NCBI GenBank assembly: GCA_964035545.1
Contig: OZ037770.1
Coordinates: 15,242,642 to 15,306,641 of the forward strand
DNA: 64,000 bases
Reading direction: 5' to 3'
Source of the DNA: Bugula neritina
Lineage: Eukaryota > Animalia > Bryozoa
The position numbers and the translations under genes were made by a program. The notes below the pieces were generated by a model. It did no database searches, was not told the DNA's origin, and saw nothing but the letters and a program-made list of their open reading frames with translations. Numbering within the stretch: the first letter of the stretch is position 1; every line of letters starts with the position of its first letter. Shown piece after piece: positions 51,099 to 64,000 of this stretch.

Positions 51099-54000
51099 AA
51101 TAATTTGATGATGTCAGCTAAATTCTTCAACAAATGTTATTAAATATAAATAAATTTAATTTTGGAAAAACTTCAAAAAATTTCCAGTGCACTGCTTCAT
51201 GCTAGAGTGATTGTAAAGAATGCCAGATTATAGTTTACTAGAGTAACCAATTACAGTTTGATATGACATTGCGTAATATAGTAAACATCAAAACTAGTTG
51301 CTATGGTTACAATAAACTGTTCAATAAAATGTTTATTGACGCAGAAACAATAAAAATATGTTGAATAATTTAAGATTCATCATTGCATTTCATATGAAAG
51401 CATAATATATTATGCATGAGTAGTTATTGGATTGATAGTAAATCATTATCCAGCAATTGATATCTCTCTCAAGTCCACTCAGTGTAAAACTTTTATCCAC
51501 CAACTATTAAATACTAGATGATTTTATTGTGCTCAACAAGGTGTATGGACAATGAATTCCAGCACAGCTATAACAGAGCATGGGAAGTGATAGGGCAGGA
51601 TAGTCATTGTGAATAGATTGTGTATTTTGTTAGATTGATATGATTACTATCAACCTTTACTCTACCATAACAATTGCTAAGTGTTTACATTAACCTATAA
51701 ATAAGTGTTATCTAATTCATACCATATATAACTTTAGGCAAAATTGAAATATCTTTATTTGAAAAATGTAAATGTTGTTAAAGTATTTGAATGTTTGAGT
51801 TATGTGCCCCTGCATGGCTATCTAAAGGTTTAGAGTAAGCAGAAAAGAATGTAAATTTTTAAAGCTTAACACCATTTCTCACACAGTGAGCACATCTCAA
51901 TGCTTTATATTACAAAGAGAAAAGTGACTGGTCTTCTCTCTATCTACACTTTAGTAAGTAAGCAGCTTAAATGGACTCACCTCCTTGTATTATAGCCTTA
52001 GGCTTTCAGCGTGAGATGAGGGCAGAATATGGGACACTATAGCCAATAATAGACGGTTAAACATCACTTAGGTGTTGGCTGAGACTTTATTGGCCAACTG
52101 AATATTCACATCTTAAACTACTGCATCAGCTCTTTCTAATTAGACCTATAAAAGCTGCTTAATTTTTATCTCAAAGTATAATTAAGAAGCATTTACAAGT
52201 GTGACCAACAAATACTACTAATCAAGCAAAGTGTTTCTATATTTGCTTCAAATTATGATTTGCAAGTATATAGTGAGTTCTAATCAAAGCTAGAAATTTG
52301 CTTTCAGAAAGCTATAAAATATCACTCTTAAAGCACAGTTTGACTTTTGTCAAAACTTTACATTGCTTACCAGGAGAACATAATTGCTCAACAGTTTGAA
52401 TATTTTTTACATTCATTTTTGGTCATTGGGATGGAATGCTGAAATTACACATTCAATATTAAGAGTTGTGTTACTTTTTACAACTTAGAGACCGTACTAT
52501 GATGTAATTCAGAATTACGATAATTCAACATGAGAAACAATTTAGTAATACTAAAGTATGTTGCATTTTCATAATATATAGCCCATTAGCCCATTACTTG
52601 TTTATATAGTGCAGCTAGTAGCTATGTTAGTGCTATGTAGTGCATGTCTGGTACAAATCATATAATATTCACTGTAATGTTTCTCTTTGAAGGCATCATA
52701 CTCTTGTTAGCTACTAGTGTGTTTGAAGTAATAAACTTTGAGCAAAACCTTTTATAAAGAATGCATAATATATGCTTCTGTAACTGATAATTTGTGAGTG
52801 AAAGAAATCTTCAGCAATGTTCATGCACAGTCAATTGCACAATATTGATAATAAAAGTTACAAAAGTTCAAAGATGAATCACAGTTTCTTTTAAATAAGC
52901 AAACTTTAAGAGTTAAAACACCTGTCCACAGCTAGTAGCTTCTATACAATTAAAGAATGCACAAATTCACCTTGAATACGCAGATTGTTACGCTGTAACT
53001 GATGCCTTATAGCTGACTGTAAATTGCATGGATGTGTCCTCAACTACTAGGCAGCTATCACAGTGTGTCAGGGTCAAAATGAAAGACAAGATAGATAACC
53101 CGATATCCAAAGTTCGATATATATACACTATCAGAGAATAAACAGGTAAAGTGCAAGTTATAAATACGTATTCACATAGAGGAACTGATGCCTCTATCAT
53201 GAGCAACCTCGTAGCTTCAGCTTTGTTTTGTCTTTGTGTTGGAGTTATGCCCCTTAAAAGTTTATTGTGATGATTGTGGAACCCTGCTAAAGCCATCAAA
53301 ACAAAATGAAGGGTTATTCAGATGCAATGCTATGTTTTATAGTACACTTATAACAATCATATAAATAAATACATATATAAACTGAAACTCAGTACAATCA
53401 TTGATTATGAAATTCTTTTAAAGAGGAAGTATTGACAATCAAAATGTGCAACACCATATAATATCGCATGTTGGAGACTGAAATGCCTGCTTGACGTAAG
53501 AGTTTTAATAGAGCTATAGTTATGTACTGATGTTAACATTCTATTGACTCAGAGTAAACACTCTACGTCTTATTAGCTTATAGATGCATGGTTATTAAGA
53601 TGTGGACGTGACTGTAAATTATCATAATGTGAGATTAGCTTAACATGTTATGTTCTCTAATAATCATTCATTTCACATCTTCAGATAATGCTAAGGATGT
53701 AAATTGATGAGACCAGTCAATGGCATGGGTTAGTTTTATAAAAATTATGCATTTGAATTTTTTTCTCAGTATTTCTTTGATCACAAAGAAAATGAGTAAA
53801 AATATTGATAGCGCTAATGGTTATAATATTACAATGCAATGTATTCGTAAATTATTGTTACATATTTTGATAGTGGTAATAATGCCAATGGTGATAGTAC
53901 TGGTAATGTAACATTAATGCAGTAGGAATTTAATGTTTATTGCACATGCTTCCCCATAACAATTCCAAAATGTTTGCAGTTGTGTGCCCTTTACAATGCT

Positions 54001-54853
54001 CTCAATACTTGTGGTGAAATGTATTAATGCATATAGATAGTGCACACTGATATATCCCTGCATTAAATAAAAATAGTTATAATATTGTAATAGGTGCATA
54101 TGTTTGACCTCATTGTCTTCTCCGGGACATGTTTTATTGACTGCTGTTACCATAGCAACTAACTGCCTTTCTAAACAAATTGCAGTTATTCATTGAATTA
54201 TTTTTTATTAAATGATTTGCTATATATATAAATATACTGGCAACTTTCCAACACCTCAAATTATTTAAAAGTTTAAAAGTTGAAAAATAAGTTCTAGTAA
54301 CACTGTAATATTTGTGAAGATATTCAAAAGATAAATTTTTTATACAAGCTGCATTTTCCCGAACAAAATAAATCAAAATTCAGCTTCAGATCACAGTAGG
54401 CCCTATTTATGCAAATTATAATACTCATTGCTGATGAAATGGACTAATATTTATGCATTGCCAGTTCGTTGCTTTCTATTGAAATCTGTATTGTTTTGCA
54501 CGCGGCATCAGGCAATGGGTGCAAATAGAAATTAGCATAATGCATTGTTATTAGCTCACGGTGGTCCAATCAGAAGGCCAGGATTAAATAATATTAGCAT
54601 TCCTAACAACAATGCTACGGCACATGTGTTTCTCATTATCTACTGTTTAGTATTCATTGCGAATTCAACTGTAAAATCTCGTTATGAGTCTTACTGATGC
54701 AGGTTAGTACGGGTGCTGTCTTTGAAATGTTAATTACTGTGCATAAAAAATAGGTTAGTAGACATTGAAATTATAGCTTTGAGTTAGATCTTATACAATT
54801 ATTCATTTTGAATATTGTGTTATACTTATTAGTTGATTTTCTATTATAAAGTT
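51099..54853 (+). repeat. Segmental duplication, copy 1 (direct repeat of 59293-62176; carries ~780 extra bp at ~51186-51962)
   Basis: Colinear shared blocks, e.g. AATAATTTGATGATGTCAGC, TAAATGGACTCACCT, CTACTAGTGTGTTTGAAGT, ACTCATTGCTGATGAAATGGACT, AATAGGTTAGTAGACATTGAAATT. Confidence 0.9.
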
Positions 54854-55436
54854 ACTTATGACATTATTATATATTATTACATAATACTTATACTTGAAGA
54901 TATAATTCTATTGAACAAAAAAATAACTATTACTTTACTTATCTGATAGCTGCATTTCTTTAGTTAGAACAATTTTGAAATATGAAATTGTATAAAAGTT
55001 TCTTAAATCCAAAGTTACACCTATAAGTTTCTTATTCTTCAAGCTAAACTATGGTATTTGCATACTGATAGTATCTTATGCTTTTAATTTGCATCAACCA
55101 ACTTACAATGCTATAATAATGTGTAGTAACTAATTCTAAGACTTTAGTAGTGGAAATTATTGACTTTAAGTACAAATCTTTCAGTAATTCAATCTGGTGT
55201 TTGCACTTTTCCAACTCCCCTAGCACATTATTATTCTTAACCTAATACTTCTTTGTTTCAGTTTGATTTAGGTACTAGAAGCTAGGTAGTAATATTGATT
55301 GTTTAAGAAAATTAGCTAGCCTCATGAATGATAGTAGCATATCTAGCACTTATTAGTGAAGATTTTCACTTTTCTCTGCCACCCTAAGCACTATGTTTAA
55401 CCTATACTATCTGCATGGAAAGTTTTTTTTGTTAGA

Positions 55437-57717
55437 ATGAACACTTCAAGTAAGAGGTCTTTAGGTTTGCTTATAGATATAAGTAGGTGTGTAAGTAAGT
55501 AATACAACAATACGAAAGGTAGAACGCCGGCTTTCTTACTTCTACGAATTTTTAAGTGGAATCTTCAGTCAAGTTGCTATTGATGCAGTTGCAAACCTCA
55601 ACTACATACCATCATTTGACAACAGTTACTATTTTTTGTTAAAAATTAACTGCGTACCATCTATTGTTGATTAGAATATAATTTATTATAGTGTTATTGC
55701 CATGCATGCTATTATAATATGTGTATCTGAAACTTGGCAACCTTATATCTAGTTTTATTCCATTAAAATGTTTAGAATTTACTAAATTTCTTACATACAA
55801 GTATATATTTTATAGTCTTTGAATTCACTTTGAAAAGTTAAATGATGCCAAAGCTGTATGGCATTTCCTTTCTAAGATTACCAAATATTTTGTCAACCAA
55901 AATGAGGCAATCCCACATTTTCTATAAGGAAAATTGAGTGCATGCCATTGAAGTATACAATTGTGTGATTTTTACCTGTTGGTGCACATGTACTCTATTG
56001 TTTACAAGTACAACTATCTTTCCTTATCAGCTTATTATCTATTTATGTTTTGTATAACTGCATACATAAATAGCATCTGATACACGACCTTTATCAGTTG
56101 AACACGGAAACTAAACCCTTTAACCTTCACCCCAACCTTGACCGAAATAAAGGATAAATAAGGGGAGATAACTCTCCTGTAATAAAATTGACAGCATTCT
56201 CTCTTTTCCCACTCCGAAAAATGAAGAATTGAATAATTTGATTACTGAATGAGTCAATAATTATTCTTGTATATGTTTTAGAAATTCAGTCTTTAATTAA
56301 ACAAAGTTTTGAGGCTAAGAAGTTTTCCCACTCTCCTTACAGCAAGTTTCCTGTCGGAGCCGCTTTGCTTTGTCAAGACGGGACAGTTATTACCGGTCAG
56401 TTTCTAACACGGGCAGACAACTTCCATAATATAACCAATAGTTACATAGGTCATGCTGTGAAATGAAAATAATGGGAAGGTTTTCTAATCCTATAATGTA
56501 GCTATTTGCTTCAGTATTTTCAAAATCTCCTTATTCACTTTATATCATATATAACACAATTAGACCAGTTTAATGTGTACCACCAAACTATGCATTACAT
56601 GCAAAAATCCCATATTTTTTACAGAAACAATCAAAAATCAATCAGTTTTATCAAGTATCACTGCTGAATTTTAATTACATTTGTAAAGTCGCCATGTATA
56701 AAGAAGATCATAAAGTAAGACTTAGTAATATAATGCTAATATACTGTGATCTATGATATCACAGGATGTAATGTTGAGAACGCCGCACATGCACCAACTG
56801 TCTGTGCAGAGAGGTGCGCCTATACTAAAGCTATCTCTATGGGTCAAAGAGAGTTTAAAGCTATAGCCATTTCCAGGTGAGCACTGCCGGTTCTAATAGT
56901 CTCACACAGATGTAGGTATACTCACTCTTGGTGTTGCTTGCTATACTATAGCAATAATGATCCGAGGCTTTTATCTTTTATGTCATTGATTTAATTTCTG
57001 TGATATTTTAAAATTGTTCATTTACAATACTTTTGTCAAGCTAAGCCTTACTTTATTTGACTAGTTTTTTTAAAATATCAGCAAGGATGTTGCAATCATC
57101 TTTAGATACAAAGTTGTTGTTTTTTATTTCTATTTAGTTATTCACTAATCAGAGTTTTTTGTTTTGTTGCAAATATCGTCCGACATAAATACTGAGTAAA
57201 ACTATAGATAAAAGGCCTCTTCATCACTCCTCTTGTCTATTTGTTTAGCAATTTGGATGATTTTATTGCACCTTGCGGAGTATGCAGACAGACCATGGTA
57301 GAGGTGAGTATTAACAACATTTCATCTTACTGTGTTGATGGGCAAATCATTCAATTTCTTATAGTCAGTTCACAAATACTTGCTATGAAAGAATGATGGC
57401 TGGCTTAATTATTTAGCCAACAGTAGAAACAAATGCGTAACAACAATATATATTTTTCAAAACAATCAGTGTTGAAAAAGTCTTATAAATTAGTCTAAGA
57501 GTAGAAACATAGCATTTTTATATTGTAATACAAATACTGCTAAAAATATTTTCGTCTATCCTCAAATGCTTTACATTTCTCAGCCATGATATATATTCTG
57601 CATTTACAGTTTAGTGAGGACATAGACGTGTACATGACTAAACCTGACGGAACTTTCCGAATGATGAAAATTGCAGAACTTCTTCCACACAGTTTTAGAC
57701 CTTCTAGTCTCCTTTAA
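55437..57717 (+). CDS. CDA: Cytidine deaminase (homotetrameric type), ~133 aa
   Basis: Exons 56282-56395, 56765-56876, 57249-57303, 57610-57717 join in phase: IQSLIKQSFEAKKFSHSPYSKFPVGAALLCQDGTVITGCNVENAAHAPTVCAERCAYTKAISMGQREFKAIAISSNLDDFIAPCGVCRQTMVEFSEDIDVYMTKPDGTFRMMKIAELLPHSFRPSSLL*. Zn motifs CAE and PCGxCRQ. First coding micro-exon 55437-55449 (MNTS) is tentative. Confidence 0.93.
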
Positions 57718-59292
57718 TAGCCCCAAATATATTCTGACTTGTTATTGCATACATAAACTACAATAATTACGAATAACCAAAGATATACTATGCTGCATGT
57801 TATACATTGATGAAGAGAATTACTATGAATTATAAGTAAATAATTGTTTCATTCAACTCTTATTATTCACACTTGTTTAGGAATAGTCAATGTTTTGAGC
57901 TACTGCCTCAAGTACTTAGTTCAGTACTTGAAGTGTCGTGGTCTCTTTCAACAAAAGTTTATACTTTTGTAAGACTCTTTGAAAATTTTCGTGCATATTT
58001 TATACAATGTAGATGCCACAGAAATATTGGATAAGTTAAGCCAAAGTTTAGTGTTATATATACAGTCATGCCAAAATTTTGTTTTGCAATAACAAAATAG
58101 TAGTTGTATTAGAAATTTCAAAAGTTAGGGATAATAATAATTGTGTATTTTATTTTTTGATTTTTGAATCTTATAATATCATGGGCCTCGGTTTAAATCT
58201 TTACTTCAGTTTTGTTTGTTAAATAAATTAGCTTTTACACAAAATGGTGTGTTTGTTTCATTTTTCAATCAGTTCAGGCGTTTATAGGACTCAAAGTATG
58301 AGTTCAATAGATTGGTAGACTGAAGTGCTAGCTGCAAACACTATATGATATAAACCCTATGTACTATGCTAGTGATTTAAGAAAACAATTAATCTTTAAA
58401 ACTTTTGATATAAATTCATTCCAGCAATTACTTTGGTGTAATTAATCATGCAGCATCCAGAGTGAAAAGCCATATTTTTTCTGCTTGCAAATACAATAAA
58501 AATTATAAGTTTATTTGTAATATATAAGTAACTAAAGTTTTAGTTTTACTTTCACATTGCAAATTTCATAAAAAGTTTAATTAATCTTTACTCTGTTGAA
58601 AATAGACTACCTTTCAATGCGTTGACATGGGCCTGCAGGTAGTTTGACTGCTAAAATTAATAGTGTGACACATAAATAGCTTCATAGTCACGACACGTGA
58701 GGTGCTAGTAGCAACTTAGTATAGTACCAGCATGCACTCGATTTCAAATGTCACTCATAGTATTTTAGATGACTGGACAAAAATTTGCATTATAATTAGT
58801 TTATATATGTATTATTAGCATGTCATTCATTGACAGGTGGTTGTAAGGTACCAGCATATGGTGATTTTAATTAAATACACTACCAGTAGAAATTTTACTG
58901 AAATTCCTGGGTTTCATGTGTGCTACACCAATATAGGAGAATATAATTAAGTTTATTTTTGGAGTTATGTTCCCTAATTCACAAGTGAATAAAATGTGAC
59001 CTCATTTTATGAACTACTGTCTGATGAGAACTACGCCTACCCCCTGCATGGACACCAATTAGGTTCATACTGTTTACACCTCCTGCCAGCTAGCACTAAA
59101 TGAAATAATAGCAAAAAATGCATATTATTTTTGTTTTAAGACATATGAATAAAAACCAACTAAAGTAATCAATAATGAAATCGATTGATTATAATGTGAT
59201 CATGCTTGTAAATGAAGTAATTATTTCTAAACATATAGCAAATCATGAGATATAATTATTTTATTTTCTATTCTATTGATCAGTTTCTGTAT

Positions 59293-62176
59293 AATAATTT
59301 GATGATGTCAGCAAAATTCTTCAACAAATGTTATTTATTCTAAATAAATCAAATTTTGGAAAAACTTAAAAATATTTTCAGCTTTAAATGGACTCACCTT
59401 CACGCATAGCCTTAGGCTTTCAGTGTGAGATGAGGGCACAATGTGGGACACTAGCCAATTATGGATGGTTTACATCACTCATGGGTGTTTGCTGAGATGT
59501 AATTGGCCAACTGAATATTCACACCTAGAGCTACTAAATCAGCTCTTGGCAATTAATTAGCCTGAAAATCTGTCTTAAAGTGTAAACTCTAAAAAAAGAA
59601 TTAATTGTAAGTGTGACAAACACAACTAACAAAGCAAAATATTTGTATATTTGGTTCAAAAGAGAGATAGTGAGTTCTAACTATAGAGCTATAGAAAATT
59701 TGCTTTCAATTGGCTGTATAATATGTGCTTCTTCAAGGACACTTTGGCTTTCATCAAGAACCTTTAATTGCTCATCAAGAGAGCATAATTTCTTATCAGT
59801 TTGAATGTTTTTTATTTCATCTTTTCACTTCATTTTCTGACCATTAAGAGATAGAATGTTGGAAGACATTCTATATATTCCATATTATGACTTAGAAACT
59901 CTATTATGATGTAATTTAGAATCACAATAATTCAGAATGAGAAACAATATAGTAATACTACAGTGTGTTAGAAGTTTCGTTTAGCCCATTACTTTATTAT
60001 ATACCAGTGTAGCTGGTAGTTATTTTAGTGCTATATATTGTCGCTGTGACCCATGCAAATCATATAGAATATATTCACTGCATATGTTTTTCTTTGATGT
60101 TATCATACTTATGGTATAGCTACTAGTGTGTTTGAAGTCATAAACTTTGAACAAAACCTTTTATAAAGAATGCATATGCTTCAGCAACTGATAATTCGTG
60201 AGTGAAAGAAATCTTTAGCAATGTTCATGCACAGTCAATTGCACAATATTGATAATAAAAGTTACAAAAGTTCAAAGATAAATCAAAGTTTCGTTTAAAT
60301 AAGCAAACTTTAAGAGTTGAAACACCTGTCCACAGCTAGTAGCTCCTATACAATTAAAGAGTGCACAAATTCACCTTGAATACGCAGATTGGTACGCTGT
60401 AATCGATGCCTTATAGCTGACTGTAAACTGCATGGAAGTGTCCGCAACTGCTAGGCAGCTATATCACAGTGTGCCAGGGTCAAAATAAAAGACAAGATAG
60501 ATAACTCAATATCCAAAGTTCGATATATGCACACTATCAGAGAATAAACAGGTAAAGTGCAGGCTATAAATACATATTTACATAGAGGAACTGACTCTAT
60601 TATGAGCAACCTCGTGGCTTCAACTTTGTTTGTCTTTGTGTTGGAGTTATGCCCCTTGTAAGTTTATTGTGATGGATATGGAACTCATGTAATAATAGAA
60701 ATCTTATTACTTAACAATTAAATGAAAGATTATTTAGATGCAATGTTATGTTTATCGCACATTGCAATATCACAACCCATGACAGTCATATGCAAATACA
60801 TATATAAAACAAAGCTCTGTACAATCATTGATTATGAAATTGTTTTAAAGAGCAAGTTTATACAATGAAAATGCCATTACATTATAATATTACCATGTGT
60901 TGAATGATCAAACATGCTTGTTTGACACAGGAGTGTTAACAGAGCTAGTTATGTTAAAACGTACACATCAGTGTTGTTAACTTTTTATTGACTCAAAGAA
61001 AACACTCTACTTGTTGTTAGTTTAGACAAAAGTATTTGGGTCATAGGTGTAATAGCGTGCAAATTGGCCAATGAGAAAAGTAGTATTTTAATGTTGTCTA
61101 ATAATCATACATTTCACATCTTCAGATAATGCTAAGGATGTACACTTATAGCTCAGTTAATCACATGGGTTGATATCTTATAGAAACAATTCATTTTCAA
61201 TTTTTGACAGTATTTTTAGTCATCAAAATTGTGTGGTAATTTATAAAAATTTATAATAAAAATTTCATTCATTTTTAACTTTGACTATGAAAAAAGTTGA
61301 GTAAAACTATTAATAGCTCTATAATGGTTATGATATTGTACTGCAATGTGTTTGCAAATTATCGTGAATGATAGCTGTAATGGAAATGGTAGTATATTTT
61401 AGCAATGTTATAATAACAGTAATTATAATGCTATAGTATTGATATATAGTGTAATATTAAAGGTAATAGTGATAGTAATAGTTATGTTGTCATAGGTGCA
61501 TAAGTCTGACATCGGTGTTTGTTGTTACTATAGCAACTAGATCCCAATCTAAACAAACTGCTATGTTATATAGATACTGGCAACTTTCCAACAACTTAAA
61601 TTGTTGATAAGTTCAAAAGTTGAATACTTATAAATTATAGTAGCACAGCAAAACTTGTGAAGATTTGTAAATATTGAAATTTTACATAAGCTGCATTTTC
61701 AGAATAAAAAAAAATCAAAGTGCAGTTTCAGATCATAGTATTTATGCAAACTATAACACTCATTGCTGATGAAATGGACTGATACTCATGTATTGCAAGT
61801 TCCGTGTTTTCTATTGAAAGCTGTATTGTTTTGCACAATGCGTCAGGCAATGGGTGCAATTAGAATTAGCACAATGCGTTGTTATCAGCTCACGATGGTC
61901 CAATCAGGAGTTCAGAATTCAATAATATTAGGTTTCCTAACAACACGGACTGCGGCACATATGTTCTTCATTTTCCACCGTTAGGTATCCATTGCGATTT
62001 CAGCTGTAAAATCTAATTATGAGTCTTTCTGATTCAGGTTAGTGCGGGTGCTGTCGTTAAAATTTTAATTGCTATGCATATAAAAATAGGTTAGTAGACA
62101 TTGAAATTAGCTTTGGGTTAATAATTTTGAATAGTATTGCGTTATTAGTTAATTTTCAATTATTAATATAAAAGTT
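59293..62176 (+). repeat. Segmental duplication, copy 2
   Basis: Colinear with 51099-54853; similarity ends at ~62176. Confidence 0.9.
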
Positions 62177-63005
62177 GTTCGTAAAAATACCCATTATATT
62201 GTTGTGAATTTACGCTTTCACTAATTAAGGGCTATTTAAAGCTAAAGTAATACTGCCGAGTTAGAATAAGAAAGAATTCATTTACGCATTAAAGATACAC
62301 AAGTTCCTAACTACTACGCAAATAAGAAAACATTACATAATTGATGATAGCAGTAACACGATATAACTACTGCATTGCTGCTACTCAACTGCTTGCCCTT
62401 CAAGCGTGTAGCCTACTAGCCAATTGTCAATAGTGTCCACCCCAATACATTACTAATCGTAGGCCTATAGTGTATAAGATACTGGCTCCGCTGATTGGCT
62501 ATTACGGTTATCAACTATCACCATAGTTGATCTGCTGCAATGAACTCAATAATTATTAACTGGAATGGGTACGATTGTACTTTGTAATGTAACCTCGTTG
62601 CCGATTGGCTTTGTGAGCCCGAGCATGCTCTTTTTCTAGCGGGAGAAAATAGAGCCGGTCGTCCATCATTTCGATTGAGTGAATCTCACTTTTAAACTTT
62701 GTTTTTTGTCCTGCTTTATATCTGAAGCGACTATATTTTTATTTAATTGTGTTTTCTATCACCTCTACTTTGTTAAACATGTCGAATTCTCCGTATCCTA
62801 AGCAAACTAAGGGTCAAAGAAGCAAGACCACTGAGTCTCAGTGTTATGCATACAATTGCCGCAACTACCAGTACAGCAGTTACATGGAGACAAAAAAAAT
62901 CTCTTTTCACAAGTAAGTATATGGCTTTAGTTACAACAATCAGTGAAAGTAATACATGAACTAGCGTAACAGTAGGCTTAATAGTTGTGGTAGCGGTGCT
63001 GCTGC

Positions 63006-63639
63006 CTACTAGTACTAGTAGTACTAGTACTAGTAGTACTCTACTACTAGTACTACTACTACTGTCTACTACTACTAGTAGTAGTAGTAGTAATACTAAT
63101 ACTAATAGCTAAGCCTAAGGCTAATGGCTAATGTTATACTTACAGTATCAGTATGATAGTACTACTACTACTACTACTACTAGCCTACTACTACTACTAG
63201 CCTACTGCTACTACTAGTACTAGCCTACTGCTACTACTACTACTACTAGCCTACTGCTACTACTACTACTACTAGCCTACTGCTACTACTAGCCTACTGC
63301 GAGGTAGGTGCAGTAATGGAGAAATTGAGAAAAGCCAGTGTTCTAGATTAAAATTGTAGCAAAAGAAGTTATGTTCTCACGAGAATTTTAACCCGCGCCT
63401 CAAACCAAAATGTAATGGAATAATTAAAGAACTTGGGCTATCTCAATTTCTCCACTACTGCTCCTAAATGCCTACTGCTACTACTACTACTAGCCTACTG
63501 CTACTACCACTACTAGCCTACTGCTACTACTACTACTAGCCTACTGCTACTACCACTACTAGCCTACTGCTACTACTACTACTACTACTACTACTAGCCT
63601 ACTGCTACTACTACTACTACTACTACTACTAGCCTACTG

Positions 63640-63690
<51 letters not shown>

Positions 63691-63857
63691 GCCTACTGCT
63701 ACTACCACTACTAGCCTACTACTACTACTACTACTACTACTACTAGCCTACTGCTACTACTACTACTAGCCTACTACTACTACTAGCCTACTGCTACTAC
63801 TACTACTAGCCTACTGCTACTACTACTACTAGCCTACTGCTACTACTACTAGTAGTA
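63006..63857. repeat. Compound (CTA)n / (GCCTACTGCTACTACTA)n microsatellite
   Basis: Directly visible; interrupted by a MITE at 63305-63466. Confidence 0.95.
63305..63466. mobile_element. Small MITE with ~30-bp imperfect TIRs inside the CTA microsatellite
   Basis: TAGGTGCAGTAATGGAGAAATTGAGAAAAGCC ... GGGCTATCTCAATTTCTCCACTACTGCTCCTA; terminal TA could be the TSD. Confidence 0.75.
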
Positions 63858-64000
63858 GAGCGCTACTTTGGCAATGCAGTTATAATTGAGTGTTGAACTA
63901 ATATCTTTATTGTGTCATCTACTCAGGTGTCTCTTGCTACCCAGTTGCTGTCAGCTTCAGTGGCTGACTCACTAGATACGCTGAAACAGTTGGGACTCTC

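Larger units (their letters stand above)
62779..64000 (+). mobile_element. P-element/THAP9-like transposase gene fragment, probably internally deleted; continues beyond window
   Basis: Exon 62779-62912: MSNSPYPKQTKGQRSKTTESQCYAYNCRNYQYSSYMETKKISFH(K)|gtaagt = THAP N-terminus (CxxxxC...SFH with phase-2 intron). Exon from 63927: VSLATQLLSASVADSLDTLKQLGL resembles the KMKVxLAAQxLSxSVADAL motif of P-element/THAP9 transposases. Termini not identified. Confidence 0.75.

Noticed and set aside
52988-53299. 103-aa minus-strand ORF in the duplicated segment
   Set aside because: The second copy has frame-disrupting indels and the peptide has no motif.

Overview
AT-rich, intron-containing animal (invertebrate) genomic DNA; the species cannot be determined from the sequence. 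All exon models were read by hand from GT-AG sites and codon phases. (1) 1-6507, minus strand: a multi-exon gene for a >1175-aa LRR-ROC-COR (ROCO, MFHAS1-like) protein fused in frame to a C-terminal caspase p20 domain. The ROC GTPase motifs are degenerate and the gene runs off the left edge. (2) A full-length RTE-clade LINE with one nonsense codon and an 8-bp TSD just upstream of that gene's first coding exon. (3) A small 3-exon gene of unknown function (11328-14655, minus). (4) 17.6-50.3 kb: a tandem cluster of five plus-strand paralogous secreted mucin-like genes. They share intron phases and a C-terminal 6-Cys module (C-x7-10-C-x7-C-x10-C-x-C-x10-C, chitin-binding-domain-like), while each has its own P/T/A/S tandem repeat. 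(5) A cytidine deaminase gene between two copies of a ~3-kb duplicated non-coding segment. (6) At the right edge, an apparently internally deleted P-element/THAP9-like transposase gene with a long CTA microsatellite. Also two tRNA-derived SINEs with TSDs, several MITEs and simple repeats. The best candidates for undescribed biology are the LRR-pseudoROC-COR-caspase fusion and the mucin/6-Cys gene family.
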